From Flavobacteria bacterium MS024-2A (GTDB lineage Bacteria > Bacteroidota > Bacteroidia > Flavobacteriales > Flavobacteriaceae), in the NCBI GenBank assembly GCA_905181895.1, contig CAJJAB010000009.1:1-49488 (forward strand): a DNA stretch of 49,488 nucleotides. The letters run 5' to 3'. Positions 8,377 to 18,134 of the stretch are shown piece by piece; within the stretch, counting starts at the first letter, position 1, and the number at the start of each line of letters is the position of its first letter. A program made the position numbers and the translations under genes. A model generated the notes under the pieces. The model was not told the DNA's origin. It saw only the letters and a list, made by a program, of their open reading frames with translations, and made no database searches.

Positions 8377-9561
8377 ATGAAAGAATTAACAGATTTTAGA
8401 ATTCAAACAAGAGCTTGGCTTGAAGCTAACTGCCCAGAGAGCATGCGCCAACCAGTAAAAGATCCTTTTGACCTATATTGGGGAGGACGTAGTGCCACTT
8501 TTAAATCAGAAGATCAAAAAAAATGGTTTAATAAAATGCTTGAAAAGAAATGGGTTGTCCCCTATTGGGAAACAAAATATGGAGGTGGAGGTTTGACCCC
8601 AGAGGAAAACAATATTTTAACTCAGGAAATGACCCGTTTGGGCTGTAGAAAACCTCTTTATAGTTTTGGAATCTCAATGCTTGGACCAGCTCTTTTAAAG
8701 TTTGCAACTGAAGAGCAAAAAGCACATTATTTACCTCAAATTATAGAAGGTAAGATATGGTGGTGTCAGGGTTATAGCGAACCAAATTCAGGGAGTGATT
8801 TGGCAAGTTTACAGACAAAAGCAATTGATAAGGGAGATCATTTTGAAATTACAGGATCTAAAGTGTGGACTTCTTATGCTGACAAATCAGATTGGATTTT
8901 CTGTCTGGTTCGAACTGATTTTGAGGCTACAAAACACACTGGGATTAGTTTTGTACTAATTGATATGGCTTCAAAAGGTGTTAGTACCAGACCTATCAAA
9001 CTAATCAGTGGAAAGTCACCTTTTTGTGAAACCTTCTTTGACGGGGTAAAAGTTCCCAAAGAAAACCTTATAGGTACGTTAAACGAGGGCTGGAATATCG
9101 CTAAATTTTTATTGACCCATGAGCGACAAATGATTGGAGGAATTGGAGAAACAGATGTCAGAAAAAAAGTTCATAAAGTTGCGCTTGAGAACCTTCCAAT
9201 TAATGCTCAAGGATTAATTAATGATGGAGTTATTAGAAGTCAAATTTCTAATTTTGAAATGGATGAGGAAATTTTCGATTTAACCATCCAACGAATAACC
9301 GATGAATCTAAAACAGGAAATAATTCAGGTGCTTTATCCTCATTTTTTAAGTTTTATGGAACAGAGCTTAATATTGCTCGCCAAGAGTTATTGATGTCCA
9401 CCAGGGGAACCGATGCCCTTATTTGGGAAGAAAATGAAAAATCAGACGGGGATTTAGCGAGAAAGTTTTGCCGTTCGAAAGGGAATTCAATAGAAGGAGG
9501 AACGTCAGAAATTCAATTAAACATTATATCTAAACTCATTTTGGGCTTGCCCACTAAATAA
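8377..9561 (+). CDS. Acyl-CoA dehydrogenase (catalytic-type subunit)
   Basis: 394 aa. Has WWCQGYSEPNSGSDLASL, GSKVWTSYA, and a C-terminal IEGGTSEIQ with Glu at the canonical catalytic-base position. Confidence 0.85.
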   Translation: MKELTDFRIQTRAWLEANCPESMRQPVKDPFDLYWGGRSATFKSEDQKKWFNKMLEKKWVVPYWETKYGGGGLTPEENNILTQEMTRLGCRKPLYSFGISMLGPALLKFATEEQKAHYLPQIIEGKIWWCQGYSEPNSGSDLASLQTKAIDKGDHFEITGSKVWTSYADKSDWIFCLVRTDFEATKHTGISFVLIDMASKGVSTRPIKLISGKSPFCETFFDGVKVPKENLIGTLNEGWNIAKFLLTHERQMIGGIGETDVRKKVHKVALENLPINAQGLINDGVIRSQISNFEMDEEIFDLTIQRITDESKTGNNSGALSSFFKFYGTELNIARQELLMSTRGTDALIWEENEKSDGDLARKFCRSKGNSIEGGTSEIQLNIISKLILGLPTK

Positions 9562-9568
9562 AATAATC

Positions 9569-10687
9569 ATGGCTTTAATAATTACAGAAGAACAAAAAAT
9601 GCTTAGGGATTCTGCAGCAGAACTCCTTAAGGTCAAAGCACCAGTTAGTGAAATGAGAGCTTTACGTGATGCAGGGTATAAGAATTATAGTAATAATTTA
9701 TGGGACGAAATGACCGCTTTGGGTTGGACTGCTTTAACCGTCCCCGAAAGCTATAACGGTTTGAATTTTGGATTTGTAGGGCTGGGACAAATTTTAGAGC
9801 AAACAGGGAGAAATTTATCAAAATCACCTTTGATATCCTCTATTCTTCTAGGAGCATCTGCACTCAGATTATCTGATAATGAAAAATTAAAAACTAGTTA
9901 TTTTCCAGGAGTAATTAATGGATCAACCCTGCTAACTTTGGCAATTCAAGAAGGGAAATACCATCAAGTAACTTCTTTTAAGACCAAAGCAACTTTAAAA
10001 GGAGAAAATTATATTTTAAATGGATCTAAATCAATGGTGATTGATGGCACTTCAGCAAGCCATTTTATAGTGGTTGCAAAAACAGATAAAGAGATAAATT
10101 TATTTTTAGTTGATGCACTTTCTAAGGGAGTTTCAATTTCTAAAAATGTCCTGATGGATGCGGGAACTTATGCAGATGTTAATTTTGATAATGTTTCAGT
10201 AAACACAAACAATAAACTTAATTTAAATCAGGATGGTAGGATTATGTTAGAGAAGTTAATGGCAATAGCTTATTCTGGATTATCAGCTGAATTATTGGGA
10301 ATTTGTCAACAGGCTTTTGACATGACAATTCAATATTTAAAAGAGCGTAGCCAGTTTGGAGTAATCATTGGAACCTACCAGGCTCTTCAGCACCGTGCTG
10401 CAGGGTTGTTTTCAGAAATTGAATTATGCAAATCAATAGTTTTAAAAGCTTTACAAGCAGTCGATGAGAATGAACCAAATATTTTGTACTATGCTCATTT
10501 GGCAAAGGCTAAATTAGGAAAAACGGCAAAAATAGTTACAAATGAAGCCATTCAAATGCATGGTGGAATTGGCGTTACTGACGATGCAGATATTGGATTT
10601 TATCTCAAGCGAGCAAGAGTTGCTCAACAACTTTTCGGAGACTACAATTATCATCTAGATCAATTGAGTCTTATAAAAGGGTATTAA
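9569..10687 (+). CDS. Acyl-CoA dehydrogenase family protein (apparently lacking the canonical catalytic Glu; partner-type subunit)
   Basis: 372 aa ACAD fold (IQMHGGIGVTDD, QALQHR). The position equivalent to YEGT reads FGDYNYH. Confidence 0.75.
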   Translation: MALIITEEQKMLRDSAAELLKVKAPVSEMRALRDAGYKNYSNNLWDEMTALGWTALTVPESYNGLNFGFVGLGQILEQTGRNLSKSPLISSILLGASALRLSDNEKLKTSYFPGVINGSTLLTLAIQEGKYHQVTSFKTKATLKGENYILNGSKSMVIDGTSASHFIVVAKTDKEINLFLVDALSKGVSISKNVLMDAGTYADVNFDNVSVNTNNKLNLNQDGRIMLEKLMAIAYSGLSAELLGICQQAFDMTIQYLKERSQFGVIIGTYQALQHRAAGLFSEIELCKSIVLKALQAVDENEPNILYYAHLAKAKLGKTAKIVTNEAIQMHGGIGVTDDADIGFYLKRARVAQQLFGDYNYHLDQLSLIKGY

Positions 10688-10812
10688 GATTTTATATTTC
10701 TAGTTTGTATATAATTTGTTGTTTCCAATCTTTTGAATCCTATTTGAAAATTAATATTGAGGTTTTGTCCCCAATATTAGATTTATAAAACAAAAAGTAG
10801 CGAGGGATATAA

Positions 10813-12417
<1,605 letters not shown>

Positions 12418-12421
12418 GATT

Positions 12422-12697
12422 ATGTATCTAGAAATAGTATCTCCTGAAGCAAAATTATTTAGTGGTGAAGTAGAAAGTATAACAGTTCCTGGAGCTTTAG
12501 GATCTTTTCAGGTGTTGAATAATCATGCACCTATTGTTTCTACTTTAATAAATGGAAAAGTAAAAATTCAAGGTAATATAAAGCTTGATGATTTTAATAA
12601 ATTAATTTTTATTCAAGAAGGGAACGATACTTTTTTTGAAATTCAATCTGGGGCTTTAGAAATGCGAGATAACAAAGTCATTTTGTTGACAGATTGA
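12422..12697 (+). CDS. atpC: F0F1 ATP synthase subunit epsilon
   Basis: 91 aa, starting 4 nt after atpD. The N-terminal beta-sandwich pattern is LEIVSPEAKLFSGEVESITVPGALGSFQVLNNHAPIVS. Confidence 0.9.
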   Translation: MYLEIVSPEAKLFSGEVESITVPGALGSFQVLNNHAPIVSTLINGKVKIQGNIKLDDFNKLIFIQEGNDTFFEIQSGALEMRDNKVILLTD

Positions 12698-12732
12698 TTA
12701 AACCCAAAAGGCTATAATTTTTAATTTTCCAG

Positions 12733-14562
12733 ATGAAATCCATTTCCATTGAATGGTTTGTATTTTTATCCTTCTTTTTTCTAAGATTAGAAGCACAGAA
12801 AGATAGTTTGTTTTCTGAAGAATTTTTGAAAGAAGTTATTGTTTCATCTTCAAGAATTGATGTAGATTTTTTAAAAAATTCAAAAACTCTTCATCTAATT
12901 TCAGCTCAAGAATTAAAATCAAGTGGAGCGTTAACTGTTGTAACAGCCTTACAACAAATCACAGGAATTGATATCCGTCAGCGTGGAATTGCTGGAATGC
13001 AAGCCGACCTTTACATAAGAGGTGGAGGGTTTGATCAAACCCTTTTACTGATTGATGGAATTAAATTAGATGACTCACAAACAGGGCATCACACCTTAAA
13101 CTTTCTTCCTCCCATTGAGGTAATAGAGCGAATCGAAATAGTAAAGGGACCTGCATCTCGTATTTTTGGCCAAAATGCTTTTACTGGGGCGATAAATATT
13201 GTAACTAAAAAAGAATTTTCGAGTGGGGGCTCTGCTCAAATAAGAATAGGTTCTTATGGGCAAATTCATGGAGAAGTTAATTATAGGAAAACTACCGAAA
13301 AAAATAATTTTCTCGCTCATTTTTCACGCAATTCAGCTGATGGATATAGATACAATACTGATTTTAAAAACAATAATATATTTTTAAAAGCAGGTATTTT
13401 CTCCAATAAAAAAACCCCTATTGATTTATTGGCAAATTTTACCAGTAGAAAATTTGGAGCGAATGGTTTTTATGCTTCTCCTGAGGCAAAAGACCAATAT
13501 GAGGAAACGGAAGGAAGTTTGCTGGCTATTCAAACTAAAGTTCAAAACGGGAATTGGACTTTTAAACCCAAGTTGTATTGGAGGAGAGGACAAGATCACT
13601 ATCTATATATTCGAACGAATCCTGAAATTTATGAAAATTGGCATATTACACATAAAGCCGGTTCCGCTTTAGATATTAGTCTAGCGTCAAAACTGGGAAC
13701 TACTGGAATGGGATTTGACTTCTCTAGGGTTTCTATTGCGAGTAATAACCTTGGGAACCGTTCTCGAAAAGTAGCTATTTTTTTTCTAGAACAACGCTTT
13801 ACTTTTTGGGATAAAAAATTTGATTTGACTCCTGGAGTTGCAATAAATATATATTCTGATTTTGGAAATTTCGCTTACCCTGGTCTTGACGTTGGCTTTC
13901 AATTCGATCGACAGTGGCGACTTTATGGAAATGTTGGCTATACCTATCGTATTCCGACCTATACCGATTTGTTCTATTCAGACAGAACTACAATTGGAAA
14001 TCCAGACTTAAAGCCTGAAGAGGCTCTAGCCAAAGAATTAGGACTTCGATTTACTTCCAAGATGCTTACCTTTTATTTAGCCTATTTTGATCGTCAGGCA
14101 GAAAATCTTATTGATTATGCGAAGGCTACAGCTGATAGTTTATGGGAGGCAACAAACATTAGAAGTGTTAATACTCAAGGCTTTGAAACGGAAATTAAAA
14201 TCCCATTTATAATTGGGAAGCAACCACAATTTTTAAAGTTTGGATATACCTATTTGACGGATGACTTAAGAGAAGTAGCAATTAATTTTTCTCGTTATAG
14301 CATCAATTCTTTTCAGCACCATTTTACGTCAAGTTATTCAGCATCACTTACCGAAAAATTAAAGTGGTTTACTGGATTTAAATACGCCAAAAGACCCTCA
14401 GTAGATGGCTATACTGTTATTGACTCTAATTTACAGTGGAGTTTAAAGACATTTCAATTTACCGCATCTGTGAATAATATTTTGAATGAGAAATACAGTG
14501 AAACTAATTTGATTCCCATGCCTGGACGAAATGTTTTATTTTCCTTCCAATATCAATTTTAG
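12733..14562 (+). CDS. TonB-dependent receptor (small, about 600 aa, BtuB/siderophore-receptor size class)
   Basis: Has a signal peptide and a plug domain (VVTALQQITGIDIRQRG...LYIRGGGFDQTLLLIDGIKLDD). The barrel ends ...NVLFSFQYQF. Confidence 0.85.
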   Translation: MKSISIEWFVFLSFFFLRLEAQKDSLFSEEFLKEVIVSSSRIDVDFLKNSKTLHLISAQELKSSGALTVVTALQQITGIDIRQRGIAGMQADLYIRGGGFDQTLLLIDGIKLDDSQTGHHTLNFLPPIEVIERIEIVKGPASRIFGQNAFTGAINIVTKKEFSSGGSAQIRIGSYGQIHGEVNYRKTTEKNNFLAHFSRNSADGYRYNTDFKNNNIFLKAGIFSNKKTPIDLLANFTSRKFGANGFYASPEAKDQYEETEGSLLAIQTKVQNGNWTFKPKLYWRRGQDHYLYIRTNPEIYENWHITHKAGSALDISLASKLGTTGMGFDFSRVSIASNNLGNRSRKVAIFFLEQRFTFWDKKFDLTPGVAINIYSDFGNFAYPGLDVGFQFDRQWRLYGNVGYTYRIPTYTDLFYSDRTTIGNPDLKPEEALAKELGLRFTSKMLTFYLAYFDRQAENLIDYAKATADSLWEATNIRSVNTQGFETEIKIPFIIGKQPQFLKFGYTYLTDDLREVAINFSRYSINSFQHHFTSSYSASLTEKLKWFTGFKYAKRPSVDGYTVIDSNLQWSLKTFQFTASVNNILNEKYSETNLIPMPGRNVLFSFQYQF

Positions 14563-15029
14563 AAATTTTCATTTAAGGCCGTATAAATAAGGTGAGTTTC
14601 CCAACCTCGATAAACCATAAAAGTTAAAATTTTTTTCTTTTGAATGGAAATTGAATTGTTACTAACCGATTCTTTTCGCTTTTCAAACAAACTATAAAAT
14701 GTAGATTGATAGTCTGATTCTGAAATTTCTTTCAATGCTAATTTGATGTTGTAGGGTGATATTTTTTTAGCCTTTAGCTCTCGAATGATGCGTTGTTTCC
14801 CCCACTTTTTAATTCTGAATTTACCTCTTGCAAAGCTTTGTGCAAATCGACTTTCATTTAAATAGTTTTCTTCAATCAGTTTCGAAATAATAAGCTCTTG
14901 TGCAGCGGGAATCATCTCTATTTCCTTTAGCTTTTGTTCCACTTCCCAATGACAACGCTCTTGGTAAGCACAGTAGTGTTCAAGCTTTTTTTGGGCTTCT
15001 TGGATGGTAAAGGAGTTCTTTTTTTGCAT
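14559..15029 (-). CDS. recX: Regulatory protein RecX
   Basis: 156 aa. Has the N-terminal YCAYQERCHWEVEQKL motif and three-helix repeat organisation typical of RecX. Confidence 0.75.
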   Translation of the reverse strand: MQKKNSFTIQEAQKKLEHYCAYQERCHWEVEQKLKEIEMIPAAQELIISKLIEENYLNESRFAQSFARGKFRIKKWGKQRIIRELKAKKISPYNIKLALKEISESDYQSTFYSLFEKRKESVSNNSISIQKKKILTFMVYRGWETHLIYTALNENF

Positions 15030-15099
15030 GTCTCAAGATAAAAATAATAGCTGATTTTTTTACCCTACCTTTAAGAAGTGTTTTTAAATAGCGCTAAAA

Positions 15100-15828
15100 A
15101 TGACAAACAGATATTACATTAAAGGCATGACTTGCAGCGGGTGTGTGGCCTCAGTCAAAAAATATTTAAGTCAAATAGATGGAGTGTCAACCATCGAGGT
15201 AAGTTTAGAAAACAAAGAAGTAACGCTTTCATTGAATAAAGTTATTGACATAGATGTACTTCAAAATGTTTTACCAAAAAAATATATTTTATCTCAGAGT
15301 AAAACACATAAACCATCCCTTGATGAAACTATTTTCTCTAAAAATTTAGAGGAACAATCTAAGCTAAAACAGTTGCAACCTCTGTTGATCATTTTATTAT
15401 ACATTTCAGGGACAACGGTATTGCTTCATTATAAAAACTGGAATACAAGCGCAATGACACTCGATTTTATGGGTTTATTTTTTATAGTTTTTAGTTTTTT
15501 TAAAATCCTTGATTTGAAAAATTTTCCAACAACTTTTCGTAAGTATGATCCATTAGCAAAAAGAATTCAATTTTACGGATGGGTTTATCCTTTTTTAGAA
15601 GTGGCTCTTGGTTTAATGTTCTTACTCCGATTTGAACTAACTATTGCCCTTTACATTACCTTAGTTGTACTTGGAGTCACAACAATAGGGGTTACTAAAG
15701 CTTTGTTTTATAAAAAAAGTATTCAATGTGCTTGTCTAGGGACAGCATTAAAACTTCCAATGACTGAAGCAACATTTATAGAAAACTTTATTATGCTTTT
15801 GATGACAGTAAAAATGATTTTTCAGTAA
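15100..15828 (+). CDS. Heavy-metal-associated (HMA) domain fused to a MauE/DoxX-like multi-pass membrane domain
   Basis: The N-terminal 70 aa form a ferredoxin-like HMA domain with GMTCSGC. The C-terminal part has 4-5 hydrophobic helices and a CACLG motif in a helix, resembling the MauE CGC motif. Confidence 0.65.
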   Translation: MTNRYYIKGMTCSGCVASVKKYLSQIDGVSTIEVSLENKEVTLSLNKVIDIDVLQNVLPKKYILSQSKTHKPSLDETIFSKNLEEQSKLKQLQPLLIILLYISGTTVLLHYKNWNTSAMTLDFMGLFFIVFSFFKILDLKNFPTTFRKYDPLAKRIQFYGWVYPFLEVALGLMFLLRFELTIALYITLVVLGVTTIGVTKALFYKKSIQCACLGTALKLPMTEATFIENFIMLLMTVKMIFQ

Positions 15829-15845
15829 AACATTCAAAAAACATT

Positions 15846-15884
15846 AAAAAAAAACCGCCTAATCAAAATTGAATAGGCGGTTTC
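15846..15884. terminator. Bidirectional hairpin terminator between the HMA-MauE gene and rng
   Basis: AAACCGCCTA (15852-15861) pairs with TAGGCGGTTT (15874-15883). The A9 run on the left gives a U-run for the minus-strand rng transcript. A shorter T-run lies on the plus side. Confidence 0.75.
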
Positions 15885-15890
15885 TAAGTA

Positions 15891-17444
15891 TTATGGATGA
15901 AGTCTTCTACGTTCTTTATTTAAAAAACGAAACTCCAGATATTGATAAGCATGGCGTGGAACAATACTAATCCACTTTTTATATTCATAATACCATTTCA
16001 AACGTTGGGATGGAAACCCACTTGAAAGGTAAGCGGCAATAAAAGGGTGTAAATGTAAATGTATTTTTTCCTTTTTATTTCGCTTATTCTTAGTAATCTT
16101 ACTAAGCTCTGTGTTGATTTTGTCAATTAAAATTATTGGTGCTTCAACCTCCCCATTTTGGTTAGGATTTGGCTCTTTTGTTTTGATATTCATTTCAGGT
16201 CGAACACGCTGGCGTGTAATCTGTATGAGTCCAAAACGACTTGGTGGCAGAACCTTATGTTTTGTTCTGTCAGTACTCATTTCTTCGCAGAGATGCTCAA
16301 AAAGTTTTTTTCGATTTTCGCTAGAATTTAAATCAATAAAATCAACTACAATAATCCCCCCCATATCACGTAAACGCAATTGTCGGGCAATTTCCGTAGC
16401 AGAAATTATATTGACCTCTAAAGCCGTTTGTTCTTGGCTCTTGGATCGATTGGATCGATTTCCACTATTAACATCAATTACATGCAGTGCTTCTGTATGC
16501 TCAATCACCAAATAGGCTCCTTTTTGCATAGAAACGGTAGTTCCAAATGCATTTTTAATTTGCCTTTCAATTCCAAATTTCTCAAAAATAGGAAGATGAT
16601 TTTCATACAATTTTACAATCGAGGTTTTATCAGGGGCTATGGATTCTATATAGTCTTGAATCTCGGATTGCATCTCGGCGTCGTCTACATGTATGCCTGT
16701 AAAGTTATCGTCAAAAACATCACGTAAAATACTTGAAGAACGATTGATTTCACTCAATACCTTTGCTGGATATTTATCAATCTGTTTTAATTTAGTTGAT
16801 AAATTTTCCCAACGTGTTAAAAGTTGTTGAATATCAGCGTCTAGAGCAGCAACTTTTTGGCTTTGAGCAACGGTACGAATAATTAATCCAAAACCTTTTG
16901 GACGAATACTTTGCACCAATTTCTTTAAGCGATTTTTTTCCGCACTATCTTCGATCTTTTGTGATATTGATACCCGGTCTGAAAAAGGCATTAGGACCAT
17001 GTAGCGGCCAGCCAATGATATTTCAGAACTCAATCTAGGACCTTTAGTAGAAATAGGTTCTTTTACAACTTGAACCAAAACAGTTTGCTTGGGAGATAAA
17101 ACATCACCCACATTACCGTCTTTTTCTATGTCATTTTCGTAACGAAATTGTTTTAAAAGATAATCTTTGTTTTTACCTGTGCTTATCTGTTTAATGTATT
17201 TTATTAGCGAAGGGAGTTTCGGACCGAGATCATGATAGTGTAAAAAACCATCTTTCTCGTGGCCAACATCAATAAATGCGGCATTTAGTCCGGGAATAGC
17301 TTTTCTGATTTTACCGACAAATATGTCGCCTACAGAAAATTTATTATCTTCCACTTCTTTGTTTAGCTCAATTAACTTTCCATCCTTGAGCAAAGCAAAA
17401 TCAACAGCAGAGGAATGCGAACGTATAATTAATTCTTTATTCAC
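15891..17444 (-). CDS. rng: Ribonuclease E/G family protein (RNase G-like)
   Basis: 517 aa. Has an N-terminal S1 domain (GDIFVGKIRKAIPGLNAAFIDVG), a DNase-I-like/catalytic region (ALHVIDVNSG, GGIIVVDFIDL) and RFGLIQITRQR. The annotated start is GTG. Confidence 0.9.
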   Translation of the reverse strand: MNKELIIRSHSSAVDFALLKDGKLIELNKEVEDNKFSVGDIFVGKIRKAIPGLNAAFIDVGHEKDGFLHYHDLGPKLPSLIKYIKQISTGKNKDYLLKQFRYENDIEKDGNVGDVLSPKQTVLVQVVKEPISTKGPRLSSEISLAGRYMVLMPFSDRVSISQKIEDSAEKNRLKKLVQSIRPKGFGLIIRTVAQSQKVAALDADIQQLLTRWENLSTKLKQIDKYPAKVLSEINRSSSILRDVFDDNFTGIHVDDAEMQSEIQDYIESIAPDKTSIVKLYENHLPIFEKFGIERQIKNAFGTTVSMQKGAYLVIEHTEALHVIDVNSGNRSNRSKSQEQTALEVNIISATEIARQLRLRDMGGIIVVDFIDLNSSENRKKLFEHLCEEMSTDRTKHKVLPPSRFGLIQITRQRVRPEMNIKTKEPNPNQNGEVEAPIILIDKINTELSKITKNKRNKKEKIHLHLHPFIAAYLSSGFPSQRLKWYYEYKKWISIVPRHAYQYLEFRFLNKERRRLHP

Positions 17445-17590
17445 TCTGAATTATTTTGTGTTAAAACAAGCAATGCTTGAAATAACGGATTAAACATTAT
17501 TTTCAGGATTTTCCTGTAGCAGTGCTCAAAATTTTTGAGGACTGCATTTCAATGAACTTTTAGGTATTTTTTAGAGTGTTTAGCCTAACA

Positions 17591-17680
17591 CTATTTTTTC
17601 TTGTGGCGATTTGCTCTTCTACGTTTTTTACGCTTGTGCGTCGCCACCTTGTGTCTTTTACGTTTTTTACCACTTGGCAT
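17591..17680 (-). CDS. 29-aa ultra-basic peptide, probable small ribosomal protein (bS22 / mS38-AURKAIP1-COX24-like)
   Basis: Translated by hand: ATG at 17680-17678 and TAG at 17593-17591, giving MPSGKKRKRHKVATHKRKKRRRANRHKKK. 20 of 29 residues are K/R/H. It lies between the HU gene and rng on the same strand. It is too short for the supplied ORF track. Confidence 0.6.
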   Translation of the reverse strand: MPSGKKRKRHKVATHKRKKRRRANRHKKK

Positions 17681-17708
17681 ATGCAAATATGAATTTAAAT
17701 GTTATTAA

Positions 17709-18002
17709 TTATTTTGATACAGGTACTTTGGACTTAACTCCCTTAACAAATATCTTAGCGGGTTTAAAAGAAGGGATGTTGTGAGCAGGAATTTTAAGTG
17801 CAATGTTTTTAGATATATTTCGACCTGTTTTTTCAGCACGTGTTTTAATAATAAAACTTCCAAATCCTCTTAAGTAAACGTTTTCGCCTTTTTCCAAAGA
17901 ACCCTTTACTTCTTTCATAAATTTTTCAACAGTGGCTTGCACATCAGCACGGTCAATCCCTAACTGATCAGAAATATTTGATACAATGTCTGCTTTTGTC
18001 AT
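17709..18002 (-). CDS. HU/IHF-family DNA-binding protein
   Basis: 97 aa. Has MTKADIVSNISDQLG..., LRGFGSF, and a beta-arm with RTGRNISKN...IPAHNIPSFKP. Confidence 0.9.
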   Translation of the reverse strand: MTKADIVSNISDQLGIDRADVQATVEKFMKEVKGSLEKGENVYLRGFGSFIIKTRAEKTGRNISKNIALKIPAHNIPSFKPAKIFVKGVKSKVPVSK

Positions 18003-18036
18003 AATATAATTTTTGTAGCTAAAATTTTAAGGCTCG

Positions 18037-18044
18037 CAAATATA
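18037..18044 (-). promoter_or_regulatory. Bacteroidota -7 promoter box (TATATTTG on minus strand) for the HU gene
   Basis: The plus strand reads CAAATATA, which is TATATTTG on the minus strand, about 35 nt upstream of the HU ATG. Confidence 0.45.
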
Positions 18045-18134
18045 TAAATTAAAATTATAAAATGCTCTGTGTAAAGTTTTTATATTATACTTGTTAGACA
18101 TTATTTAATTATTCATTGAAAAGAATTTTAAAGT

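Noticed and set aside
12698-12732. Possible riboswitch (for example cobalamin) ahead of the small TonB-dependent receptor.
   Set aside because: Only 35 nt separate atpC from the receptor ATG, far too short for any known riboswitch aptamer.
14559-14562. Convergent TonB-receptor and recX genes overlapping by 4 nt, so their stop codons share bases (TTAG).
   Set aside because: This is a compact-genome curiosity, and no hairpin or regulatory element is associated with it. Similar tight convergent junctions occur at 21533/21541 and 33985/33992.
16442-16459. Perfect 9-bp tandem duplication TGGATCGAT x2 inside rng (encodes NRS-NRS).
   Set aside because: It is in frame, lies in a low-complexity linker after the catalytic domain, and is only two copies. 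It is most simply slippage in a tolerant loop, not a regulatory repeat.
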